From positions 1 through 63,785 of the IMG/VR virus record IMGVR_UViG_3300046318_000369: DNA of 63,785 bases; one strand, 5' to 3'. Source of the DNA: a virus (lineage: Duplodnaviria > Caudoviricetes). This document shows positions 8,601-16,018 of this stretch, piece after piece. A model generated the notes under the pieces. It saw only the letters and a program-made list of their open reading frames with translations. It did no database searches and was not told the DNA's origin. The number at the start of each line of letters is the position of its first letter. Positions within the stretch are counted from its first letter, which is position 1. The translations under genes and the position numbers were made by a program.

Positions 8601-10158
8601 TTGTTTACAAGCAAAAGGTTACGGAACACGTAAATTTAGCGGGCATGTATACAATCCTATAAACAAGGCATATCCAGAAAGCCCAGATCCTGCAATTGCA
8701 ACGTCATTTCCTGAAAGTGAATATTTTGACCAATATTATCCAACAGGTTTTTGGCCAAATAATGCACAAGTAAGAGTATTTTTGCCTGACACAGAAGATA
8801 GACCCCACATTTCTTTAGTTATGGAGATAGTTCCTCCTGAAACTATTACTGATTATACAGGTGCAAAAGTTCCTCAAATAAACGAGCAAGGATTTCCTGG
8901 ATTTTTAAATGCAGTTCCTACTACCTCTACATTAACAACTGGTACAATTACAATTACTGGAATAGACACAACAGGAATAGCAGTCGGTAATGCTGTATAT
9001 GTTAGGGATCTTAATAATAGTTTTACAGGAACCGACGGAGTATATTATTGTGCGACAGGCACAGTAGTTTCAAATGTTGGATATCAAAGTGTTACATTGA
9101 GCAAAGCGTTAACATCCGGCGGATTTGATCCTGAAGACCCAACAAATTCTGATTATTTTAATTTATATTTCTGCGGAAATGCATACTATACAGTATTAAG
9201 TAGCGAAGTTGGTAACAGTCCTACTTATAACAGGGCAGGTGGAGTTATTTCTTTAGGAACTAATGTTCTTTCAACGGCATCAACTGGGCTTTCTACCAGT
9301 CAAGTTGCAGCTCATATTAGCTCTATACAACGATTAAAAACAGTTGTAGGCCAGATTATTAATAATGAAACTGTATTAGTTACTACTGGAAATACATCAA
9401 TACAAACTATCAATTTATTGGTTACAGGTGGCGGCGAAGCAGAAACATTTATTGATCAAAGATTTGATGATATGATTAATATTATCGGGGCTTTGACTTT
9501 AACAGCAGCAGAAGCAGTAGTTAAGCCGTCACAAAGAACCAAAGAAGGACCGACTGTACAAGGTGCCGGAAGTGCAATTACACTAATTAAATCTAATATA
9601 GAATTCCTAGCCGATGAGATTAGTGCATATGTTCAACAGACATTTGGATATGTTCCTTATGTTGACTACGATGATTCGAAATGTCAAAGAGATTCTAAAA
9701 TTATATTAGAAAGACTAATATACGACATTGAAACAGGCGGAAGATATAATTCTGTCATGGCAGGACTAAGTTATTGGAACAGAGCAGGAACATATCACAT
9801 TGTACAGTTAGGTGAAAATGTAACTAGAACTGATTTGTTCCCTGATGGTGCAACTGTTAATTTTTATCAACGTTCATACATTAGCGCATCTGGCTATGTA
9901 TTTGAATATGTAGGAGCAGGAACTAACTACGGTGCATTACCTCAACGAGGTGTTGCAGACCCAGTGCAAGGCAAAGAGGTTGTTATGCTGGATAGTGGTA
10001 AAGTATTCTTCACATCAACGGACCAAAACGGTGATTTCCGAATTGGTCCAGGATTAGTAATTAGCCAGGCAACTGGTGTTCTAAGTGGTAGAACATTTAC
10101 TAAATCGTTATTTGCTAATATGACTCCGTTTATATTAGCTATTGAGGCCGGAGGCTAA
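2608..10158 (+). CDS. Giant virion structural protein: fibre-shaft N-terminus, interrupted pectin-lyase-like beta-helix, nine C-x-R-D helical repeats
   Basis: 2516 aa. Beta-helix-type start VLYVTMDGDDTNDG resumes at SFVYDAFTQ...GYAQLVSVFTIFC. Nine CxRD repeats with Cys codons at 4438, 4903, 5389, 5887, 6391, 6880, 7330, 7765, 9682. Confidence 0.8.
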   Translation: MAKTYYSTRPPLTTAVVTASAYTSTPVNSVNIPGDYYITVNTDDGNITLDAGKLVLVDSPESELRSDEILFGASTATSTIELKSRFISTLLPKTDAEYDIGEAETTWNKSYLQEGTYYSETNVGNPFGFEYDPDDVYGAEFLNGDTEAANLQRSTASVVVNGGMGIQKDLNVGGHIYGRITIAQTSLSVLITATNNDIEYYPLFVRNTGQQFLWLDEEGIEGGLTYNPALGKITTDRMYVAEFDEATTSTAALEVSGGALIRQNVRINSTATATTSSGALLVEGGVSIGKNVYVKDETETDAVIPHDDDTGTIGTTSSQWAEAYVNDLYTKVIRSTTGTIQIAPSDPLVDIYGDIRVRGTNPIGTAPVVTNVLYVTMDGDDTNDGRAQDPSRACRTVAGAVNSPYYKPGTQIRVSAGRYYEDNPIRLKPYTSVMGSDIRTTFLEPINKTQDLFHVDSGCYLAFMNFLNGRSGLLEGEYANGFNRGAYCTAFPPLAGDDRIDLFQSPYVQNCTNQSGPWLKDGTLFVPNQTVQIPEAVAIGSWPANTTTIVVNVSTGTISNGMAVNAGQQNPGFFNARTLMLANKPFLQEQVVAYVDDAFNSGSFTYDSVACQRDLSVIVDSIAMDLLYNSDSDSIFAGLQYWSQGNISFPAEKDESIAAINYLKTLASTTATAGGGSVTFGDTVNTLFDKLTSILTTSTSLIGITNEIESNPNGLASTTPADINAYNALINYKATMQSSVIGWIDSQIAGNISPFTSTFTYNTATCARDVGYIIDSVAFDLLHGGNKQTIKSAIYYYDYDADVTQIANEVPQVTAAYNYLKSIIPNIVKGEALSTTYQTGVEQQISGLAIAGNYEADQLSNRLDIITDIIRNGPSGITKIPMNLTVNPSMEAENAYLMLNANKAFIKAEVTAYINSTANSFDYSREFCYRDVGILVENVAYDAAFGGNEKSVESGLAYYDGVISKITGQETQTISAIDYLNQMVQSVITNSTWTNILPVPASVSASGTHSQVRNTVVTGGAVASDSINNLFNIITNIIGNGPDAAPVKYVSSGPDAAYVSAEILLQANRKFIQEDTINYINNLVQSFPYSERKCRRDTKLIVDAISQDLRWPTTGMSQSTFAGLQYWSQGNYTGDIEAQLQPTIDAVAYLKDLAVKIIQNITPEIDLVNRYQSVVAQNTSTEAAGITEATIISSDFDIVLDILGGNKDGWTDRIIPNAELTVLPSVLNAYESLQLNKNYMAAEVLAYVDATHPDFTFSTSTCARDVGYIIDSICYDLTHNGNRQAIQAGLYYYGYNGSGTIQGQESATVDAYNRIYDIVGDILVNSPVQISTGNTAIQVLNLPAASAAEVTEVRRALTTITNIITSGPSIAAARSPISLVESSSTNIQHAYAILQANRDFIAEEIIAYVDFTYNNGSFNYNEELCYRDTGLIIDAVSQDIMLGGNHKSIEAGLAYWNQGYNYVTGQESTTTMALNHARDVALKVIANETVIPQTGTVETQVINTYFQYGGDYMPQQSIRRNFRIITDIIERGPLYAPPVYAGSGLFAAVGLAADDVKLAPRVTSIQPFTYDETLCRRDSGYIIDGIYYDSALGTNYNAVTSGNAYQRGVSSVVINSELPQTKSAIEYLKTNSAILMSTSTVAVTRASASYDEIINILDGDLPSAIIFTNPTGGSASKIAAKDQLVANKAFLQAETVAWINSQINSNTSPFVGFNYNDETCARDVGFIVDALCYDILYGGNSATRVCAQAYFTQSSSSLIPGETAQSVAAFQHMSVTAQNVIQGISVTPTTGTNVVQIISGSVASSPEVTILENLVTIITNVITAGNLSGLPSVVNPSITWASSTIQSAVNSLSSGKSTLIDNTITYINTQFTNTYIIGLSTSTVGFGYNSTLYFGDTLVYPKQDIAVPDEWQQRRVDPIGSMGGSLVDGSVVSSRSPIQSFVYDAFTQLPQGGRGVHIINDGYAQLVSVFTIFCSTGVEVESGGIASIVNSNANFGNICLQAKGYGTRKFSGHVYNPINKAYPESPDPAIATSFPESEYFDQYYPTGFWPNNAQVRVFLPDTEDRPHISLVMEIVPPETITDYTGAKVPQINEQGFPGFLNAVPTTSTLTTGTITITGIDTTGIAVGNAVYVRDLNNSFTGTDGVYYCATGTVVSNVGYQSVTLSKALTSGGFDPEDPTNSDYFNLYFCGNAYYTVLSSEVGNSPTYNRAGGVISLGTNVLSTASTGLSTSQVAAHISSIQRLKTVVGQIINNETVLVTTGNTSIQTINLLVTGGGEAETFIDQRFDDMINIIGALTLTAAEAVVKPSQRTKEGPTVQGAGSAITLIKSNIEFLADEISAYVQQTFGYVPYVDYDDSKCQRDSKIILERLIYDIETGGRYNSVMAGLSYWNRAGTYHIVQLGENVTRTDLFPDGATVNFYQRSYISASGYVFEYVGAGTNYGALPQRGVADPVQGKEVVMLDSGKVFFTSTDQNGDFRIGPGLVISQATGVLSGRTFTKSLFANMTPFILAIEAGG
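4330..8220 (+). repeat. Tandem array of eight 145-168 aa helical repeats (CxRDxGxIxDxxxxDxxxGGN)
   Basis: Cys-to-Cys spacings of 155, 162, 166, 168, 163, 150 and 145 codons; recurring AN(K/R)xFIxxE, AGLxYW and TIxAxxYLK segments. Boundaries approximate. Confidence 0.9.
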
Positions 10159-10169
10159 AAGGAAAAATT

Positions 10170-10565
10170 ATGGCATTAATTCCATTAAACACGTTTAAAA
10201 CAAAAACAAAGTTGTTGACGGGATACTCAGCAACAACTGCTACTATTACATCGTATGTAGCACCTATTGGTGTTACTTCGATTATCCTAATGGCACAGGT
10301 ATCTAATTTAACAACTGAAACACAGTATGTAAATTTTATACACTACAGAAAACGTCCTGTATTATCTGATGCGCAAGGTAATGGATATCAAGCACCTAAT
10401 ACCGAAACATATATGGTTAAAGATTTTGCTATTCCTGCCGGTGATGCAGGAACGGTACTAAGTGGAAAACTTATTATTGAAAGTCTTGATAGTGTTAGAG
10501 CATATACCAGTAACTCAGGAACATGTCATTTAACATTAAGCATTTTAGAAACTGCTAACAATTAA
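10170..10565 (+). CDS. Small virion structural protein
   Basis: 131-aa ORF with AAGGA RBS, closely linked to the giant gene. Confidence 0.7.
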   Translation: MALIPLNTFKTKTKLLTGYSATTATITSYVAPIGVTSIILMAQVSNLTTETQYVNFIHYRKRPVLSDAQGNGYQAPNTETYMVKDFAIPAGDAGTVLSGKLIIESLDSVRAYTSNSGTCHLTLSILETANN

Positions 10566-10576
10566 TCGAGGGTATT

Positions 10577-12580
10577 ATGCCAAGTTTATTAAGCGGATCA
10601 ACCTTACGCCGTGGCGGCAGCGGAGAATTTATCGATTTACCTGGGGCACAGCCACAGTTGCCTGCTACGGATACTACTTTAACTGGTTTCACATTAGTAA
10701 CCGATAATGTCCTAAGAACTTCATATAGATCTAGTTTAGGATTTATAGAATTTAATTCGGCTACAATGTATAGTTCATTACCCAGTGGGACTATAAAAAT
10801 TCTTGCCACAGGTACAGGTATTATATCGACTGGAACAACTACAGGATTATTAGTTGTAAATGGTGATACCGGTATCGGCGGTACAATGAACATAGGTAAA
10901 GACATTGTAGTCAATGGTATTACTATTGGTCGCGGTTACGAAGGTGTAAATAATCTTGTTTTTAGGGGAACAGCATCTCCACAAATTGATAATTATGAAA
11001 ACGGACAAGAAAGTATATCGATAGGATATGATTCATTGCTAGGATTATCATCATCCTATAAAAATTTAGCTATAGGTAGATACGCATTAAGCACTGGTAC
11101 ATTATTATCAAATAATATTGCGATTGGAGATAGTGCATTAAAATCAGTAGGAGTGAAAAAGACTTCTGTAATATCTAACATTACAGGAATTTCCTTAGCT
11201 AATCCAGTAATTGTTACGTCTCCTAGCCACGGTCTTACTAGCGGAACATATGTTAGTATTTTTAATGTTAATGGAACAACACAGTTAAACAGCGGGACTT
11301 ACTATATTAGAGTATATTCTTCGTCAACGTTCGGGCTGTATAATGATAATAATTTTTCTACACCAATTAACGGAGCAGGATTTTCAAACTATATAAGCGG
11401 CGGAACAGTTGAAGTTACAACATTTAGAGATAGTAATGTTTCTATTGGAGTAGATTCTGGATCTAAATTAATAGATGGACAACAAAACGTTTTTATTGGC
11501 CACCAAGCTGCAAATCTGTTAACAACTGGTTCTTATAATATTATTATTGGCCCATTAACTGGGCAGTATTTATATACAGGGTCAGGAATAATCAGTATAG
11601 GCGGCGACAATATTGTTGACGGTAAAGACGATCAAGTTAATATAGGTAGTGTTTTTTATTACGACGGAGAAGGATATTCGTATATTAGTGCAGAAACTAC
11701 TGTAGGGCTTGGTACCAGAGCATCTGTGATTTCTCCAGGACCATTTACATCAGCTAGTACAGTTACAGGCGGATTAGTAGTAGTCGGCGGATCATTTGTA
11801 TGGGATAATTTAATAGTAGGTGATACATTTAATATACTAGGGACTGGTTCTAATACAATTGCAGGATCTCTAATTCCAACAACATCCACAGTATCATTAG
11901 GAAGTGCAAGCAATCCATTTGGAAGTTTATACTTAAAAGGAACAACATTATATTTAAGCACAGTTACACTTAAATCATCATCTGCAAATAGTTTTAGTGT
12001 AGAAAGTCCTGCCGGATATGTGACTCAAACAGTTGGAAACCTACATCTAAATTCTGGGTTAAATTCTACAAGTTCGAGTAATGGAAGTTTACTTGTTGAT
12101 GGCGGCGTTGGTATTTTAGGAAATGTAAATATTAATGGTGAATTAAATGTTTTAGGATCGGATGACATTGAACTTAGTCCAGTCGGAGCAGTAGTTCGTA
12201 TCAAACCTACAGGTGGTGGCACCGTTGATATTAGACCGAATGTTACAGGAAGCATTGATAATGTATCAATAGGGCTAGCAGATCCATCTCATGCAAATTT
12301 TGCAACTGCTACTGTCGTAGGAAATGGTAATTCTACATCAACTCAATCTGGTGCGTTAATTGTTGCAGGTGGTGTCGGAATAAGTGGTGATATATATAGT
12401 AACACCGGTGTCCCTGATGAAAATAATCTATTATACACTCCCCGAGTATCTGTTAGCGCCGGAGTTCCACCTATTAATCCTAGATTAGGAGATGTTTGGA
12501 TCGATTCGACTATTCCTGCGTATTTGCAATATATAAAAGATGGGTCCAATAAATTTTGGATACAAATAGGTTCCGTTTAA
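10577..12580 (+). CDS. Fibre-like virion protein with Gly-rich repeats and an E1-FCCH-like beta insert
   Basis: GxLxVxGGxGI shaft motifs, NxAIGxxAL repeats, and ITGISLANPVIVTSPSHGLTSGTYVSIFNVNGTTQLN segment. Confidence 0.7.
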   Translation: MPSLLSGSTLRRGGSGEFIDLPGAQPQLPATDTTLTGFTLVTDNVLRTSYRSSLGFIEFNSATMYSSLPSGTIKILATGTGIISTGTTTGLLVVNGDTGIGGTMNIGKDIVVNGITIGRGYEGVNNLVFRGTASPQIDNYENGQESISIGYDSLLGLSSSYKNLAIGRYALSTGTLLSNNIAIGDSALKSVGVKKTSVISNITGISLANPVIVTSPSHGLTSGTYVSIFNVNGTTQLNSGTYYIRVYSSSTFGLYNDNNFSTPINGAGFSNYISGGTVEVTTFRDSNVSIGVDSGSKLIDGQQNVFIGHQAANLLTTGSYNIIIGPLTGQYLYTGSGIISIGGDNIVDGKDDQVNIGSVFYYDGEGYSYISAETTVGLGTRASVISPGPFTSASTVTGGLVVVGGSFVWDNLIVGDTFNILGTGSNTIAGSLIPTTSTVSLGSASNPFGSLYLKGTTLYLSTVTLKSSSANSFSVESPAGYVTQTVGNLHLNSGLNSTSSSNGSLLVDGGVGILGNVNINGELNVLGSDDIELSPVGAVVRIKPTGGGTVDIRPNVTGSIDNVSIGLADPSHANFATATVVGNGNSTSTQSGALIVAGGVGISGDIYSNTGVPDENNLLYTPRVSVSAGVPPINPRLGDVWIDSTIPAYLQYIKDGSNKFWIQIGSV

Positions 12581-12601
12581 TTTTATAAGAGAAATAATTT
12601 T

Positions 12602-13453
12602 ATGGCAGATTTAAATTTTCCAACAAATCCTAACCAAGGAGATACACATGTTGTGGGTCTAAACACGTATACATGGAATGGATACGCTTGGATAGTTTCA
12701 AGGGCAACGATTACAGCTACTAGTATAACATCTATAGGATCGGTAATTATTACCGATGTTACAGATTCTACAGGTACTAGTACTGGTGCTTTACAGGTCG
12801 CAGGTGGCGCAACAATAGGCGGGGATTTATGGGTCGGCGGCGTATTACATGCTGCTGGAATGCCTGTGCTTACTACAGCTAGCTTCGTTGACGGTGTTGT
12901 TGACGGTACCGATATAGATATTGTTGATATAGGTGATAGTGTATTACGTTTTAATAATATTTCTACTCTAGAATCAGTAACTGCTAGAGGAAATTCCACA
13001 ACTAATTCTATTATAGTATCCAATAATGTAGAATCTACTTCAACTGATTCAGGGGCATTAGTTATTGCTGGAGGTTTAGGAGTAGGAAAACGTATAACCG
13101 CCGAATCAATACGTATTACTAATGCAGCAATAAATTCAACACAAACTTTGGTAAATACCACAGCAAGTACAATAGTAGATTCTTTTAGTTTAACTGAATT
13201 TAGATCTGCAAAATATCTAATTCAAATTGATGAAGGAATAGGTGCCGGTGCAGATTTTGAGCTAATAGAAATATTACTAATAGCTGATAACGATGGAGGA
13301 GTCTGGGCAACTGAGTATGGAGTAGTTACATCAAATGGTGATTTAGGAATATTCGCGGCGGAAATATCTAGTAACATGGTTAATTTATATTTTACTGCTC
13401 ATATAGAAACTAATAAAACTGTTAAAGTGTTGCGAACAGGAATGGTTATATAA
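12602..13453 (+). CDS. Fibre-like virion protein
   Basis: N-terminal LNFPTNPNQGD...YTWNGYAW motif, two TGALxVxGG repeats, C-terminal FRSAKYLIQ domain. Confidence 0.7.
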   Translation: MADLNFPTNPNQGDTHVVGLNTYTWNGYAWIVSRATITATSITSIGSVIITDVTDSTGTSTGALQVAGGATIGGDLWVGGVLHAAGMPVLTTASFVDGVVDGTDIDIVDIGDSVLRFNNISTLESVTARGNSTTNSIIVSNNVESTSTDSGALVIAGGLGVGKRITAESIRITNAAINSTQTLVNTTASTIVDSFSLTEFRSAKYLIQIDEGIGAGADFELIEILLIADNDGGVWATEYGVVTSNGDLGIFAAEISSNMVNLYFTAHIETNKTVKVLRTGMVI

Positions 13454-13467
13454 GGAAAATTGATTAA

Positions 13468-15921
13468 ATGTCACTGATATCAATAAAACGCGACTTTTTT
13501 GTTAAAGCCGGCATTGCTGTGCTAGGAACCAATGAAGTTAATTCTTCCACTGGAAGTACCTCTTCACTACAAGTAAATGGTGGAGCCTCGATTGCTAAGA
13601 ATATCATTGTTGGTACAAGTGCAACTATACATGGTGTATTTACTGCGCTCGGTGATTCATATTTTAATGTTACTACTGCTTCTCAACTAACCGTAACAGG
13701 CAGTTCATCCTTAGAAGATTTAATAGTTGAAAATAGTACAGCAACACAACTAACAGTTACAGGAAATACACTCCTTGGGCCATTAACTGCTTCGATTATT
13801 ACATCGACTATGCTTACAGTTAGTGGGCAATCAACATTAGGAGAAATAACTGCCGGTATTACTACTGCTACATCATTAACTGTTGGATCAATAACAGCAG
13901 ATAATATTGTTTCTATAATTACAACAAGTAATTCAACATCCACTATTACGGGTGCATTACAAGTTGCAGGTGGTGCAGGTATTGGTGGCAATTTGTATGT
14001 AGGCGGGATCTTAAATGTTATAGATACCATAAACGGTACTTCTCGCTCTGCAAATAATCTCGAAGGCGGAGCAACTGGAAGTATTCCATATCAAACAAAT
14101 ATAGGAACAACTGCATTTATTCCTATAGGTACTTCTGGATTTTTGTTCCAATCTAATGGTACTACAGCAACATGGATATCAACTGGTTCTTTGGTAGCAG
14201 GTATTGCATCTACTGCATCTAATATTAATGGTGGTTCTCAATATCAAATTCCTTACCAAACAAACAGCGGATCAACTGCATTTGATGAAGGGCTAACCTA
14301 TAATTACATTTCTGATACCTTACAAACAGTAAATGCTATATTCTCCAGTACATCAACTGCTGGGACAACAACTACAGGAGCATTAGTTGTTGCAGGTGGA
14401 GTAGGAATTGGGAATAATTTAGTAGTAGGCGGAAGTTCGACTATTACTAACAATTTAATCTTGGGTGGTAATTTATCAGTTAATGGCGGAAATATTACGT
14501 CAGGTGCTAGTACATTTAATTTGCTAGCATCGAATATAACCACTGCAAATATCTTAAATTCTTCTACTGCAATTACTATTGGTGAATTAACTGGATATAC
14601 AGAAGTTCGCAACCAATTTACTGTAAGTAATGTTACGGCTGCGTCATCTACTTTAACAGGTGCATTACAAGTTCGCGGAGGTATCGGAATAGGTGGCAGT
14701 ATATTTGTAGGAAATACAGCAAGTATTCTAAATACCGCTGCAAGTACCGGTTCTTTACAAAGTAATGCATTATATGTAGCAGGTGGAGTTGGAATAGCAA
14801 AGTCATTATATGTTACAGGGGAAGCAGTATTTTCTAATAATGTTGTATTCAGTGGAACTACTACATATGTTTATAGCACTGTTACAGTTTATACAGATAA
14901 TCTATTAGAATTACACGCTCCTAGTAATAATACATGGTCCGTTGACGATGGCAAAGATATAGGAATTGTTTTTAACTATTATAATAATAGCGATCAAAAT
15001 GGATTTCTTGGATTAGCAAATGATACAAAATATTTAGAATGGTATAACAGTGGAGTAGAACATTCAACTTCTAGTATTTTCACCAGTGCAACATACGGAA
15101 CATTTAAAACTGGTAGCATAAAACTACAAAATACAACTACATCTATAGGAACTAATACCGGTGCATTAACTGTAGTCGGCGGAGTAGGAATTGGTGAAAA
15201 TTTATATGTAGGTGGGTTGACTAGTTTTAATGGTCTTTCTAAAATTACAAATATTTCAGAATCAACTTCAACTAATACTGGTGCATTAACTGTAGTCGGC
15301 GGAGTAGGAATTGGTGGAAATTTATATGTAGGTGGAAATGCTGCTGCCACTGAATTAATAATTACAGGTAGATCTACTCTAGGAGAGATTAATGCAAGTA
15401 TAACAACAGCTACTGCACTAACAGTAACAGGTATTGCATCTTTTACCGATTCAACAAATGCAGTAGCAACAAATGACGGCGCAATCAAGGTATCAGGCGG
15501 TGTCGGGGTTGCTCAAGATGTATACGTTGGTGGCCTAATAACCGCAGGTGCAACAGCATCGGCAACTACAGCTAATGTAGTATCGGGTGTATTTTACAAT
15601 AATACATTGCTGGCTAGTTATACCAGTAATCCTATTGCAACTTTATCTGAACAGACACTAGATATTTTTTCAGGAGCTAGTTATCGTTCTGCCAAATATT
15701 TCTGTCAGGTAGTGGCAGGCACTAGGATTCAAGTTTCTGAAATATCAGTATTTCATGATAATACAAGTGCATATATTAGTGAATACGGAGTTTCTTCAAA
15801 TACAGGCTTTCTAGGGAATTTTAATGCAACGTATACAAGTGGAAATATTGCTGTTACATGGACTGCAAATACTACAACATCGATGGTTATTAAATTAACA
15901 AGGTTAACAATAACTGCATAA
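13468..15921 (+). CDS. Fibre-like virion protein
   Basis: 817 aa; many TGALxVxGGxGIG repeats; C-terminal YRSAKYFCQ domain paralogous to the preceding gene. Confidence 0.75.
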   Translation: MSLISIKRDFFVKAGIAVLGTNEVNSSTGSTSSLQVNGGASIAKNIIVGTSATIHGVFTALGDSYFNVTTASQLTVTGSSSLEDLIVENSTATQLTVTGNTLLGPLTASIITSTMLTVSGQSTLGEITAGITTATSLTVGSITADNIVSIITTSNSTSTITGALQVAGGAGIGGNLYVGGILNVIDTINGTSRSANNLEGGATGSIPYQTNIGTTAFIPIGTSGFLFQSNGTTATWISTGSLVAGIASTASNINGGSQYQIPYQTNSGSTAFDEGLTYNYISDTLQTVNAIFSSTSTAGTTTTGALVVAGGVGIGNNLVVGGSSTITNNLILGGNLSVNGGNITSGASTFNLLASNITTANILNSSTAITIGELTGYTEVRNQFTVSNVTAASSTLTGALQVRGGIGIGGSIFVGNTASILNTAASTGSLQSNALYVAGGVGIAKSLYVTGEAVFSNNVVFSGTTTYVYSTVTVYTDNLLELHAPSNNTWSVDDGKDIGIVFNYYNNSDQNGFLGLANDTKYLEWYNSGVEHSTSSIFTSATYGTFKTGSIKLQNTTTSIGTNTGALTVVGGVGIGENLYVGGLTSFNGLSKITNISESTSTNTGALTVVGGVGIGGNLYVGGNAAATELIITGRSTLGEINASITTATALTVTGIASFTDSTNAVATNDGAIKVSGGVGVAQDVYVGGLITAGATASATTANVVSGVFYNNTLLASYTSNPIATLSEQTLDIFSGASYRSAKYFCQVVAGTRIQVSEISVFHDNTSAYISEYGVSSNTGFLGNFNATYTSGNIAVTWTANTTTSMVIKLTRLTITA
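15151..15335 (+). repeat. Near-identical ~65 bp direct repeat, 120 bp period
   Basis: ACTAATAC(C/T)GGTGCATTAACTGTAGTCGGCGGAGTAGGAATTGGTG(A/G)AAATTTATATGTAGGTGG at 15151 and 15271. Confidence 0.9.
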
Positions 15922-15975
15922 TTAATGCAGTTTATTAAATAAAATCCGTATAGTAAGGCTTTTATTTTAATACAA

Positions 15976-15981
15976 TAAATA
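15976..15981 (+). promoter_or_regulatory. Late promoter core TAAATA
   Basis: ATAAATA upstream of ATG 16019, followed by a small GTAAC/GTTAC hairpin. Confidence 0.7.
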
Positions 15982-16018
15982 ATTAAAAGTAACGGCTGTT
16001 ACGTGGAAAGGGATACTA

